A stretch of 64,000 nucleotides of DNA from Octopus sinensis (GCF_006345805.1 NC_043002.1:7502001-7566000); one strand, 5' to 3'. Counted from the first letter of the stretch, positions 38,524-53,092 are shown. Numbers and translations are program-made. The notes: a model not told the origin generated them from the letters alone.

Positions 38524-38769
38524 CTGCTACTGCCATTTCGGCCACTGGTCATTTCCATAACTTTAGTCAACACATAAGACAGCTATTATGCTTCCGCCCC
38601 ACAAAAAAACACCACGTGGATTCTGTTGAGACTAGTAAGAAACAATTATGAACTTTTTTATTACACTTTTTAAAATATTTTTGATAAGGTTCGTTTTTTC
38701 AAGAACTGAAACATGTAATATTTCTAAGAAAATAAAAATTTATCTTATATAGTGGCGTTTTCAAACTTC

Positions 38770-38804
<35 letters not shown>

Positions 38805-38906
38805 GGAGTAAACACATAAATGTGAAACAAGGTGGAAAAAAGAGTACTCAAATACCAGTGGTAGAGTAATATGCTTTATTTAAAGCAGCAGAAAATTCAA
38901 CAAAAC

Positions 38907-38944
38907 CTGTTACTCTGAATTTCCCGTTGCCGTTCGTCGGACAG
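38907..38944 (-). ncRNA. Hammerhead motif, U4C variant (left arm)
   Basis: Minus strand: CUGU-CCGACGA-ACG-GCAA-CGG-GAA-AUUC-A-GAGU-A^ACAG. Confidence 0.62.
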
Positions 38945-38986
38945 TTTTTGCTAAAACATACATACATACATACATACATACAAAAA

Positions 38987-39024
38987 CTGTCCGACGAACG
39001 GCAACGGGAAACTCAGAGTAACAT
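38987..39024 (+). ncRNA. Hammerhead motif, U4C variant (right arm)
   Basis: CUGU-CCGACGA-ACG-GCAA-CGG-GAA-ACUC-A-GAGU-A^ACAU. GNRA-capped short stem II with an A.G mismatch at its base. Confidence 0.62.
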
Positions 39025-39862
39025 GTTTTGTTGAATTTTCTTCTGCTTTAAATAAAGTATATATATATATACATGTATGTATGTATGTATGTATGTATGT
39101 ATGAGTATGTATGTATGTATGTATGTATGTATGTATGCATGTATGAATGCATGTATGTACGACGGAATACTTTCAATTTTCGTCAAACTAAATCCACTAA
39201 CAATGCAATGGCAAGACACATACACAAGATGCGGCACGGTGGGATTGAACCCGGAGGCATGCGATTAGGGATCAAAATTCTTACCACACTCTCGCCTGCA
39301 CAAACTTACATTGATACATACAAACATGCATACATATATACATACTATCATACATACATACATAAATACATACATACCTGCACACACACGTATGTATTAA
39401 TGTTTTTATGTAGGCATACGTACGCACTGCATGTATGTGTGTGCCAGTAGACAGTGTAATCGGAGAACGAATTACAGGAAAGAGAGGGAAAAATATAAAA
39501 CAAAGAATAAATTTAAAGCACAATAAATGATACCATACACACAAACACATACACACAAAAAATACACAAGCTAAAGAAAAAAAAAGACGGAAGAATTCAG
39601 TTAAGAAACAATAGCGGAAATATTTGAAAGATGAGTTATAAATTAATGTTTCCTCCAAGTGGACTCAACGTTGATATGCATTATAGTTTATGAAGATTAT
39701 TGTTTGTGACCATATGCATGAACGTTTTAAATTTCATGTTCTTATATATACAAACACAACTAGATAGATACATATCTACATTTATGGTCATCTGTATACA
39801 TAAATATAATGAATATAAATGCATATATACCTACATACCTACATATATATATATATTATATA

Positions 39863-39900
<38 letters not shown>

Positions 39901-39914
39901 GATATATAGATATG

Positions 39915-39945
<31 letters not shown>

Positions 39946-39965
39946 GGCTAAATATATGGATATAT

Positions 39966-40010
<45 letters not shown>

Positions 40011-40360
40011 TATATATAGAGAGAGTTATGGTACAACAAAGCACGTATGTATATGTAAGTATGTATGTATATATAATATATATATATATATATTATATAT
40101 ATATTATATATATACATATATCTATATATACATATATATATGTATGTATATATGTACATATATGTATATATATATATGTATATACGTATATATATACATA
40201 TATATACACATACATATATACATATATATGTTCATATATATATACATATATACATATAAATGTTCATATATATATATATATATATGTTCACACAAATAAA
40301 ACAATCCCACCCCATTCCGCTTAAGTAAACAGTCATAAATACATATGCATGTACGTAGAC

Positions 40361-40391
<31 letters not shown>

Positions 40392-40839
40392 TGTATGTAT
40401 GTATGTATGTATGTATGTATAAGCATGTGTGACTGTTTTATTTCTGTTTTAGTACAGGCGTGAGTGAGTTTTGTCGATGTATGGAGGAACACGTGTGAAT
40501 TAATAACCGTCTATGACTAAACACCAAACGCATATCTTTTTCTTTTATTTCAATTTTTATGTTCCATTTTTCTTTAGATTTTCATTCGCTGTATTTATGA
40601 TACTGTTTGCTTTTGCTTTTATTTCAATGATATATATATGAACGTATCTATATATGTGTGTGTGTGTGTGTGTGTGCAAATATATATATATATACACACA
40701 CACACATATATATATGTATATATATATATATGTACACACATATATATATGTATGTATATATATATATATGCACACACACTTATGTTAATATAAATGTACA
40801 AGTAGTATATAGTATATGCATAACATATTTAAATGTATG

Positions 40840-41165
40840 TGTGTGTGTGCGTGTGTATGTGCCCGTGTACGTGCGAGTGTGTGTATGCCTCTGTGTATGC
40901 CTCTGTGTGTATGTGTGTGTGTGTGTGCGTGTGTATGTGCCCGTGTACGCGCGAGTGTGTGTATGCCTCTGTGTATGCCTCTGTGTGTATGTGTGTGTGT
41001 GTGTGCGTGTGTATGTGCCCGTGTACGTGCGAGTGTGTGTATGCCTCTGTGTATGCCTCTGTGTGTATGTGTGTGTGTGTGTGTGCGTGTGTATGTGCCC
41101 GTGTACGTGCGAGTGTGTGTATGCCTCTGTGTATGCCTCTGTGTGTATGTGTGTGTGTGTGTGTG
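40840..41165. repeat. 78-80-bp minisatellite, about 4 copies, derived from (TG)n
   Basis: gcccgtgtac recurs at 40861, 40939, 41017 and 41097. Confidence 0.93.
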
Positions 41166-41571
41166 TTGTGCGTGTGCATTTGTGTATTTTCTGGCTGGTT
41201 GTTATTAATGTGTATGTCATACATCTCCTAATGGGTTGTATTGACTGACGAAACAGGCTTGGTTTAATGACGTTTTTTTCTTTATTACTTGGTTCTGGAT
41301 AAATGAGTCGACTTTCTCACCTCATAACTGTCATAAGCATTGCAACAAATATGTGTGTGTGTGTGTGTGTATATGTGTATACGTATGTGCGTTTATATGT
41401 GTATGTGTGTGTGCTATTGTGTGCACTATATTTGAAAGAAAAATATTTTATCTTCGTAAATATATATTTATTTATGTATGTATGTATGTATATATGTATG
41501 CATGTATGCATGTATGTTATAGAGATACAAATATATCTTTTATATATATTATATATAACATATATGTACAA

Positions 41572-41614
<43 letters not shown>

Positions 41615-41630
41615 ATATATGTATATTTAT

Positions 41631-41702
<72 letters not shown>

Positions 41703-41774
41703 ATATATATATATATATGTGTGTGTGTGTGGTGTGTGTATATGCATGCACGTATCTGTATATATATTCATATG

Positions 41775-43560
41775 CACTCTATAAAATAGAAACTGCACTG
41801 AAAGTAGACCAGGCATTGGAGAATATAATGTCTAATCCCAAGTTCTTTTTCCACTTTGCTAAACAAAAATCTTCTCCACGCAACCAGATTGACCTTCTAA
41901 TGGACCAAATTGGATCAGGTAGTAATGATTCACCTCAGATATGCGCACTTTTGAGTTAACAGATGACAATGCATTTTCACCACCCAAAATCAAAGTAATC
42001 CAAACGAATTCTTTGATCTCCAGAATTCAACTGCAGAGACACGTCTAGAAATTAATGATATTATGGAAGACTATATACTTTCAGCTATCAATGCCGAAGA
42101 TTTAAAGTCAGCATCTGGCTCAGATGGTCTCCTAACCATCTTGTTAAAAACCTGCAAAAATAGCCTCGCTGTTACTTCAAAAGTCGTTAGACACTGGCAT
42201 ATTCCCAGAACTACTGAAAGACGCAATAATAACACATAGTTGTGTATAGACACAAAGGAATTAGCAGGATTGAAGCTAAAAATTACAGACCTGCTTCTAT
42301 CACATCTTACACATTTAAAGTTATCAAACGCATTGTCTGCAGATAAAGAATTGCGCATCTTGAGGAAAACAATCTCTTGGGTTTTCAGACTGGACAAAGT
42401 TACATGTCACAACTATTACAACATCATAACACTACCTTCAATAATCTCTTGAGAGGTACGAACACTTGCTTTTTCTAAAACGTTTGACAAGATTGTTCCT
42501 GGAGTCGTCTGTCATAAGCTATCTTGGTATCACTGGAAACCTCGGGGAATAGCTTTTTAACTTCTTATAGTGTCTTGCAAAGTCACATGTAATAAGTGGT
42601 ATACCTCACGGTACGGTTCTCGGACCATTATTATTTATCCTCACCTTATTAGATATAAGCCCACAAGTGCACTCGGCCAATCTGAAGAACTTCGCTGGTC
42701 ATACAAAATTATCGTTGGCTATCGATGGCTATCGATATTTTTGTGTGATCCAGGAGATGCACTCAAACTTAAAATGAACTAAACCTCCTTTATCAACGAG
42801 TAGATGAAAACAATATGAAATTTAATATATCAAAAATTTCATTCTCTGCATTACGAAGGGAATACACATGAATTACATTATTTGATACCAGATAATGATT
42901 CAAAACGCTAATGACATACAAGATTTAGGAGTAATCATGTCAAATAATGCAGCTTTCATCAGCTACATCACCAAACTGACCCCTAAATGCAAACATCTCA
43001 CAGAATGGATCCTACGAACTTTCGTGATAAGAGAACCGGTAGTTACGCCGACACTATGGAAAAGATTTGTTCGGATCTGATTAGATTACTGCTCAGTTTT
43101 TGTCTCCAAACTCATCCGGTCTCACAGAAGAGATTGGAGGGTTACTAAGGCCTCTCATCAGTAAAAATAATTTCAGTTAAAAGCTTTAATCACTGGGAAC
43201 TTCTAAAAGATCTGCATTTCTACTCTTCTTGAACGCCAAAGAGAGAAATATTACTACCATATACGTATCTCGGATTTTGGAGGGGCAAGTTTCAAACTCC
43301 GGCATTAGAGAAATTTTTAATGCACGAAATGGTACATACTGTCAGCTTCCAATTATACTACCTTTAAAATCACGAGCAAAACACTCTGTTGTACCAGTTT
43401 GATATTTAAATGTCCTCAATTGTTCAACTGCCCAACTAAAGAAATAAGAAATATGAAAAGGGCCACTACTAAAATATTAAAAAAAACATTGGATAAACTA
43501 AAGATGATACCGTACCTGCCAACCATTCAAGCAGACACACAGGAAGACCAACTGCTGAAA
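41775..43560 (+). mobile_element. Decayed CR1-group LINE ORF2 (RT to C-terminus)
   Basis: ALENIMSNPKFFF, SASGSDG, KNYRPASITS, FSKTFDK, SGIPHGTVLGPLLF, NNMKFN, DLGVIMS, WILRTF, LDYCS and PQLFN appear in collinear order, with many stops. Confidence 0.9.
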
Positions 43561-43654
43561 ATTCAATCAAAGACCAACGTCCAGCCATAAAACTAATAGA
43601 AAATAAATTAAGACTGTGCTCCAGCATGGCTGCAGTCCTACGACAAGTAGGAGG

Positions 43655-43842
43655 CACAAGTCCGAACGAGGTTGTTTATGGAAGACCAGCAGTCGCTCAT
43701 GCATACGAGCCCCCTTCACGCTACTCATGTTATCCAAGGGAAAGGCATAAGCCGAGACAGCTTGCACCAGTCACGTGATAACCCATTTCTACAGCTGAGT
43801 GTATTTGGGCAACGTGAAATAAAGTTTCCTGCTCAAGAACAT
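43655..43842 (-). mobile_element. SINE fragment, fourth family (CORE-like)
   Basis: Minus strand tgttcttgagcaggaaactttatttcacgttgc...cactcagctgtagaaatgg resembles the CORE-SINE central region. Head missing. Confidence 0.55.
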
Positions 43843-43868
43843 ATATGTATATATCTATATGCATATAC

Positions 43869-43899
<31 letters not shown>

Positions 43900-43905
43900 T
43901 ATATA

Positions 43906-43967
<62 letters not shown>

Positions 43968-44923
43968 CATAGGTATACAGGTATGCATGTATGTATATAT
44001 GTATATACATATAAACATATGGTCCCACAAACAACAAACACAAAGTCTTACCTTTCACTAAATATTTCCTATGAATTTCACTTCTTCAAAATGCTTCTGT
44101 GCATAACCTGACGAAGTATAACACTACAAATACAATGAATTACTCTAGAATATCTCTCACACACGTATCAGATATCAAACAGAATTCGATTCCTCTTCTC
44201 CGCAATTCCCAGAGAGATCTTATTTATCAAGAATCTCAAAGTTTGCAGTGGAGTAGTTATCTGCCTTTTGTCTTATTGTTTCTTTTTAATTTTTTTCTCC
44301 TGCAGGTGTCTCTCTACATCAGTATCTCGCCCTGTCCTAATTGAGAGAAAAGCAGAAGAACCGTTCTAACGTTGAAAGAAATATTTTAACTGAATTCTAA
44401 CAAGAAATGACATTTTGTCTGTGACGTGACAAAGAATTTATTTTTTTTTTATCTGATAGTGAATGAAAAAGATATATATATAAATATGTGTAGAGTAGAT
44501 TTATAGCCTAGGTAATTTGCAAAAAAAGAAAATCGATGCTTTCTTATGCAACAATGTTGTAGAATTTGATTAATTAAAATACGAGAATATTTTGATTTAT
44601 TAAAATTATCTCCCTTCACATTTTGACGATAGTCCTAATTTATTATACCCTTATCAAAATAGGCATATATATATGTATATATACACGCATATATGCATGT
44701 ATGTATATGTATGTATGTATGTACCGCTGAATCCTTGGCATCATGCTTTTATTTTGATCAATTTATATGTATGTATGTATAGATAGATGCATACATGCAT
44801 ACATATATGTATATACACACACATACAAACCAACATATATATATATATACTTATATACATATGCATAAATAGTAAATATTCATATGTATATCAGCACAAG
44901 TACACACGCATATATATCCTTAT

Positions 44924-44956
<33 letters not shown>

Positions 44957-45651
44957 GCGTGTGTGTGTGTGTATCCGTGTGTATATGCAAATCAATCAAA
45001 CTCTACTTGACTTTTTAAATCATTATTCAGTTAATATTTTTTTTTTTTATATATAATTAAAACAACCCCCCTCTCCCTCTCTGTCTCTCTCTCTCTCTCT
45101 CTCTCCTCCGAAATATGTGTATGAATGTATATAATGTATTATCATCATGGTGACTATTTTGTATTTGGTCTTTTGTACTTTAATAATATTATATGTGTTT
45201 GTCCTCATTAAAAATCAAAATCTTTTGTATTCTTAGCAAAGAAAATACTATGAAAAGGTAATTAAACATTTGCTCCCCTCACTACGACGGGAGTACACTT
45301 GCACCTGAAATACAAAAAGAAAAAATATAACAAATAAATAAATAAATAATCATTACCACAACGGTTGGCTTTCATGGTGGAACCAGTTAAGCGGCTGGCA
45401 AATTAACTACCCGATATTTAGTCACTTTCCGACGCTTTATGTTCAAATTTTGCCGCCGTCGAGATTTTAAACTTGGAATCGATAAAATAAGTAGAAACCA
45501 AGAATGGATGTTGAAATAAACGACTGATCCCCACCCACACACACGGAATGACCCCCACCCCCCAAAAATGACCCCCAACTCCACTCACTACTTTGCAATT
45601 TGTCCTCATGTCGATATTGTCTCAAAGCAAAAAAAATTATTATCATTTTTT

Positions 45652-45883
45652 GTTTCTTTATTGCCCACAAGGGGCTAAAGATAGAGGGGACAAACAAGGA
45701 CAGACAAACGGATTAAGTCGATTACATCGACTCTAGTGCGAAACTGGTACTTTATTTATCGACCCCGAAAGGATGAAAGGCAAAGACGACCTCGGCGGAA
45801 TTTGAACTCAGAACGTAACGGCAGACGAAATACGGCTGCGCATTTCGCCCGGCGTGCTAACGTTTCTGCCAGCTCGCCGCCTT
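45652..45883 (-). mobile_element. SINE family A monomer
   Basis: Full head to tail. Followed head-to-head by a series of older plus-strand family A remnants (about 45908-46750). Confidence 0.92.
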
Positions 45884-47028
45884 ATTATTATTATTATTAT
45901 CATTAAAAAGTCGGCGAGTTGGCAGAATCTTTAGCACGTCGGGCAAAAATGCTTAGTAAGATTTCGTCTGTCTATAGGTTCTGAGTTCAAATTCCGCCGT
46001 GGTCGACTTCGCCTTTCATCCTTTCGGGGTTGATAAAATAACCGACTGGCACCCACTCTGCAAATTTCAGGTTTTGTAGCAGAATTATTAGCATTCTTTA
46101 CGTTCTTAATCCAAATTTCTTTCAGATCGACATTGTACTGAAGTCCACAATATCCCTCTCTAAAACTGCTGACCTTGTGCCAAAATTTGAAAACTTTCTC
46201 GTTGTCATTAGGACACCCGATTAGCAGAATCATTAGGACCAAGTTCTGAGTTCAAATCCCGTAGAAGTCAACTTTGTTTTTCACCTTTCTATGGTTGATA
46301 ACTTACATAAAGTACAAAAATTTGTTTAATCGATTAAACCCCTCCCTTCAAATTGTGAACTTTGATGCCTAAATCAGAAATTATTAAGCTGATGGACTGA
46401 TAAAATCATTAGGGCCCAGGTCTAAACGTCTTCTGAGATTTCTTTTGACGCTTTATATTGTGATGAAATTCCGCCGAGGTCAACTTCATTGTTCATCCTT
46501 TCAGGATCAATAAAATAAAGTACCAGTAAAGCATTGAGGTCGGTTGTATCGACTAACCTCTTCCACAACACTTCAAACCTTGCCTATAGGTAAAACAATT
46601 CACAAAATTCTTGTAATAGACAGGAGAATTAGTAGACCACGGAAGAAAAATACTTAGAAATTGTAACTTGTATTTCTCTGAGGTGCTGAGTTCAAATTTC
46701 GCCTGAACTAGTTTTGTACTCTCATACTTCTGGTATCGATTGAATATATAGCAGTTAAAGTGTAGATCTCGTTGATTTAAACCAACACTGTGTTACATAC
46801 TTTTATTTGTTTTATAGAGTGGATATACTCTTCTTTGCGACTGTGGGTGCTGCCGCTACAACGCTGAGCAGTCGGCAGACATAGGAACATCATCTATGTA
46901 ATCAATTAAGCCTGTGAGTGCGCTCAACAGCACCAGATGAGAGAGATCTACATGAAAGAAATGACGTGGTATGGGGTGAGGATTGGCAAGGAAGCGCTTG
47001 AAAACAATACTGTCATGCGATATTTCGA

Positions 47029-47564
47029 TTGAAAATCAATAGCCGTGGCTCAACCGTGCACTCCTTCGCGTAAACAGCATGCGACCATTGTGGGGACAAC
47101 TCAGTTCCCAAACGAAAACAATTTTGCATGCAGCGTCGGGGTACGCAAGGTCACATTAAGGACACGGCCTCTAACAAAAGTGGTTGGGTCACGGGATGTT
47201 GGGTTGCTGACGTGGTTGAAAATCAATAGTCGTGGCTCAACCGTGCACTCCTTCGCGTAAACAGCATGCGACCATTGTGGGGACAACTCAGCTCCCAAAC
47301 GAAAACAATTTTGCATGCAGTGTCGGGGTACGCAAAGTCACATTAAGGACACGGCCTCTAACAAACGTGGTTGGGTCACGGGACGTTGGGTTGCTGACGT
47401 GGTTGAAAATCAATAGTCGTAGCTCAACCGTGCACTCCTTCGCATAAACAGCGTACGACCATTGTGAGGACAACTCAGCACCCAAGCAAAAACATTTCTG
47501 CATGTTGCATCCGGGTACGCAAGATCACATTAAGGACATTGTCTCTAACTAACGTGGTTGGGTC
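47029..47564. repeat. 187-bp tandem repeat, about 2.9 units, GC-richer than its surroundings
   Basis: ttgaaaatcaatag recurs at 47029, 47216 and 47403. Units 1 and 2 are nearly identical and unit 3 is more diverged. Confidence 0.95.
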
Positions 47565-49602
47565 TTAGACACCATAAATTAGTAGATTAATGTACATGCG
47601 ATATTTCGGTTTGTAATCAATAGCTGAAGAATATTTGTATGGGCTTCGACTATGCTTAGAAAGAAAGAAGACTTTGATACTAAAGCTAAAAGAAAATAGT
47701 TGAATAGTTGTTCGGGATTCAACATATTTTAGTATATTTTTCATGATAAACATACTGCGTTCTAATCGGTTTTTATTCGAAGAAATCGCTACCTATGACT
47801 CTACGGGAACAGGCTATTATTGCTACCACTGAGACAACGCAGTTTGAAGTCTACATTGGTTCATCCATTTAATACAACCTACTTATATCATTTCAGTAGC
47901 TAGCCCAAGAAAGGGAGTTTTGTACCCCCAGGAGTCCCATTTACTCATTATGTGAAAACTTTTAAGAGTCTAAAATCACCTCTGGAATATAAGTAATGTA
48001 TGTTCCCAGCTTGGAGAAAATCAGCTGGAAACTTCAGAAGTTCTGTGGGTTTACAAACACACAGGGACACAGACACAGACAGACAGACACACACACACAC
48101 ACAACACACACACACACACACACACAACACACACACACACACATGTAAGTGTTCGGTACATTTAAAACCAGTTTTTCTCAATATTCTGATATTTCTAACT
48201 CGCTTGAAAATGTCGCGGGATAACCTACATTCCATACGCAACACCATGGTTCAAAACCTCTGATTTAAGTAACATTCACAGCTTTTCTTTTGTGTCCTTT
48301 AATTCTTCTTTTGTCAAATTCCTGATTCTTATCCTAGCTTCTGATTTAAACGATTAGACTAAAAGTACACTCATTTATGCTTTTTAGCACATTTTCCTTT
48401 CTTCTTTTTGTCTGTTGTTGGTATAGTGAATTGTTATTGACATAGTGAATTTCATCTGTCAAATGCGTCAATCAACCACTTTAAGAAATTACACTTCGCT
48501 CTATATCCGTTCAAAACTATCTCTTTTCTCATCTGTATGAATGCACTAATAAATTTGACTGCTTGATGAGTATGTAGGGTGTTCATGATTTGAATGTGAC
48601 GTGTGTTTGTATGAATATCGTCGTGGCCTATGTGTCAAATAAATTTTCCATTCTGTATTGCATATGTGTTTACAATGAAGATGATCTTTTACATTTTACT
48701 GCGGCCATGCTGGGGCACCGCCGTGGACGGTTTAGTTCAGTGATTCACGACCTTTTTTTACTTTTGGACCCTTTTGATTACTATTTTATTCCAGTAAAAC
48801 CCCATAGCCATTCGATGTTTAAAACCTAGTTTTATAGATATTTCTTTCAAAATTCCTATTTTCTTTATTCCCTTATATAGGCTGAACCAGGTAAAGCGTC
48901 AGAGAAAGAAACTTAGCTGTTTCTTGCAATAAAAACATCTATTTAAGGTTTTTTCACAGACCCTTAACATAGTACCGTGTGTCCCCAATTTACTATTTTG
49001 CTTGTCTGGACCCTGCAAAATTTTGTATGGACCGCAAAGGGTCATATGGACTACTGTTGATGACTACTGGTTTAGACGAATGAATCGACCCCAGTAACTA
49101 TTCTTAAACCCTGTTACTCATGATAAAGGTATATTATGCCGAACAACTAAGTTAAAGCGATGTAACCAACACCAGCTATCAAACAGTGGTGAGGAACAAA
49201 CAAGGACACACACACACACACACACACCACACACACACAACACGTTGTTTCAGTTTCCATCTGCCAAATCGACTCACAAGAGTTTGGGCGGCGCGGAGCA
49301 TTGCAGAAGACAAACAAACGGCCATACTGTGGTTCTAAATTCGGAACAATGCAGTTGGGAAACAAGCTTCTTACCGCACAGCCACATCGGCGGCCAAAGC
49401 CACACCTGCACCTACGTATTCAAACGATGTATGGAAATGTCAGTGATGATTCGATCAATACGAGTGAAAACATGGGTGAAGAATCCTGTCAATTGGTCAT
49501 TAAAATCATTGCCCAGCCTCTCAATACCCTGGTTCGCATTGCACTGTCCCCATAAATTTCTATATCAAAAAACTCTCTCTCTCTGTATATAAATATAGTT
49601 AG

Positions 49603-49657
<55 letters not shown>

Positions 49658-49897
49658 GGAGAGATTTCACTTTGGTATAATGATATTAATTACCCACTCT
49701 TTGAACTCGATATTCATATGATGTAGGCCCCAGAATAAAGCGTTAGGTAAGTACAGAGCGTATTATACAACACGCACACATGTATATATGTATATATATA
49801 TTTACATATATGTATGTATATATATACATATACATATATATATATACATACATGCACACGCATACACATACACACACACACACGTATATATATATAC

Positions 49898-49948
<51 letters not shown>

Positions 49949-50252
49949 ATTAATTGAGGGAATATTATTCCTAACTTACAGGGAAAAATTCAATTTAGAA
50001 ATACTAAATAAAATTTCACAAAATATAATATATATATAAAAATTGGTAAAAACCACCTTTTATCAATTCAAAATGAACAATTAAATTACACCATCTAGAA
50101 AATTACATATAATTACGAAATATATACGTTTTTATTATTATTTTTCAATTTACTTAATCATCGGTATATTATTGTTACTTTATTTTTAATATTTCTATTA
50201 TATACATATACATGTATATATATATATACATACATACATATATATATGTATA

Positions 50253-50308
<56 letters not shown>

Positions 50309-51026
50309 CATATATATACATGCATATATACATATGCGTGTATGTGTGTATATTTGCAAATATATATATATACACATGTAGTCAAATAATAGTTTATATA
50401 TACATATGTGTATATTGATATTGGTAAATATGAGTGTGTGTATGTAAGTATGCATGCATGTATGTATACATGTATGCATCTATGTATGTATGTGAAATGT
50501 ATATATGTATATAAGCAAATGAAATAACTCTGTGAGCCAGCCTTACGTTTCTGTGTATGTGTGTAAAGATATACTCTCACACATGCAACAAACATATACA
50601 AGATTGCGTACGTGTGCGCCTAGGGGTCTCAACGGGTTTATGTGTGCATGAGCATATGCGAATCTGTGTATGAATTTGTGTGTGTGTGTGTTGTATGCAT
50701 GTTTATGTATAGTTGTGTTTGTGTGTTTGTGTGTGTGTCTGTGTATGCATGAGTAACTTTACGTATTCTTATTCATCGCCCAGGTTCTCCGCCCACGTCA
50801 CAGTATACTCATTGTTATATGATTTAACCGGCAGCCCCTGTCGAGAAGCCAGTCTGTCGCGGTAAGTCATAATGCGTATGCGTGCGCCTGGGCGCGTGTG
50901 TACGTGTATAAGTGTGTGTGTAAGTGTACTTGACTGATGTCTTTATGTGTGTATGTTTGTGTTCATGATCGAATGTGTGCTTCTATTTTCTTTTGACTAA
51001 TTATCGATGCGCACGCACACACACAC

Positions 51027-51060
<34 letters not shown>

Positions 51061-51288
51061 CTCTCTCTCTTTCTCTCTCACACACACACACACACATATT
51101 TATATATGGATTCAGGATTGCATGCACACACGCACATGCACATTAACACAAATAAACCAATCATGCAAATACACACACGTGTGTATAGATGTATGCGCGT
51201 ATGTGTATATCTCTCCCTGTGTGTATGTGAATAAATGAACGCAAACCGAGGAAGAACGAAAGAGATAGATAGATAGATAGATAGATAG

Positions 51289-51347
<59 letters not shown>

Positions 51348-51348
51348 G

Positions 51349-51810
<462 letters not shown>

Positions 51811-52182
51811 GATAGATAGGGTGAATGTGAAATGAAAAAGGGAAAAGTGTATGACAAAAAGGAATTACTGAATAACAAGTTAAATTGATAGATGGGGTGA
51901 GCTTTGAGAGAAAGGGTTGGCTGTTATTTCTAGCGGATAGCGTGAGTGGGCAAATGTTGATACCTCTGTGTATAAGGATAAATAAACGTGAGAATATTTT
52001 GCAACAGCCCTTTATAGGGTTCTTGTTTTCAAATTCTACCAAAGTTAGAATGCCAAACGGGATGGATACCCCGCGTGATATCATCTGTTTTTTTATAGTC
52101 TGAGTTCAAATCCTGCAGTGATTAAACAACCACAATAATGAAAAGAACTGGAACCCTATCATATATGGACACTTATATATAT

Positions 52183-52386
52183 CTAAACACAGAGGGGACA
52201 AACAAGAACAGACAAACGGATTAAGTCGAGTATATCGACCCCAATGCGTAACTGGTGCTTAATTTATCGACCCCGAAAGGATGAAACCAAAGTCGACCTC
52301 GGCGGAATTTGAACTCACAATGTAACGACAGACGAAATACGGCTACGCATTTCGCCCGGAGTGCTAACGTCTCTGCCAGCTCGCCA
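52183..52386 (-). mobile_element. SINE family A monomer with clipped tail
   Basis: Reverse complement of the family A head and body. Confidence 0.9.
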
Positions 52387-52697
52387 AGTGATGGATGGTG
52401 AGACAGCGACCAGCGTGATGATAATGATGATGCTAGCGATACATCAGTTGTCAGTGATCTAGTGACGTTTCTGAGCCCCTGCTTAGAACGGGGAACTGTA
52501 AATCCTCATGAATTGAACCATCGAAAATTCGATGACTCCGCTTACATATAATAAACTCCCTGATTAGGGTCCAGCATACGAACCAACAACACGGGCAAAT
52601 GATAGAGCTTCTTGGTTTTTGTTCAAGATGTTAATAGTACTAGCAATCAAACGTTCAGCAACATACACACACAAGCACAGTTATCTCATATATATAT

Positions 52698-53092
52698 ATC
52701 ACCTTGGTCACCTTGACCGGCCAGTCCGTCGGGCGTCCATTTGACACCGCTTGTCACAGCACGCTGTCCACTCCTCTCTGGATCGCGGTTTCTCATCCAC
52801 GTGATCCCAATCGTCCTCCTGAAATCGTAACACCACCGTAGTGGAGGCCTTCCGAGTGGTCGTTTCTCATCTCGCGTGGGTACTACTCGACAACTGCGCG
52901 GGTCCACCGATTATCGGTGAGCCGGGCGACGTGTCCAGCCCATCTAAACTTGCTGCGTATATATTCTGCGATGACATCCCTCACGCCGGACTTCACTCTG
53001 ATGACCTCGCTACTGATGTGCTCTCTCAACGAGATTCCAAGCATTGACCTTTCCATGGCTCTTTGAGCCGTTACCAGTCTCTGCTCTTCTCT
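52698..53092 (-). mobile_element. 5'-truncated RTE-clade LINE, ORF C-terminus and 3' tail
   Basis: EEQRLVTAQRAMERSMLGISLREHI...KFRWAGHVARLTDNRWT..VE*YPR / EKRPLGRPPLRW. Short tandem tail caaggtgaccaaggtga. Sits in (TA)n. Confidence 0.92.

Larger units (their letters stand above)
38801..39057. mobile_element. Penelope-like insertion (family P4) with 77-bp inverted arms
   Basis: Arms 38874-38950 and 38981-39057 flank (CATA)n and each carries a hammerhead motif. The left end abuts (TA)n. Family homologues occur at 56746-56830 and 57123-57207. Confidence 0.78.

Noticed and set aside
47045-47503. Paired 71-aa ORFs on both strands, and the 187-bp array as a possible CRISPR
   Set aside because: The ORF repetition follows from the tandem period, and 187 is not a multiple of 3. 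Whole units repeat with no unique spacers and no cas genes are present.
49950-50130. AT-rich block between (TA)n tracts as another PLE terminus
   Set aside because: The position fits the pattern, but no hammerhead motif or second copy was found in this window.
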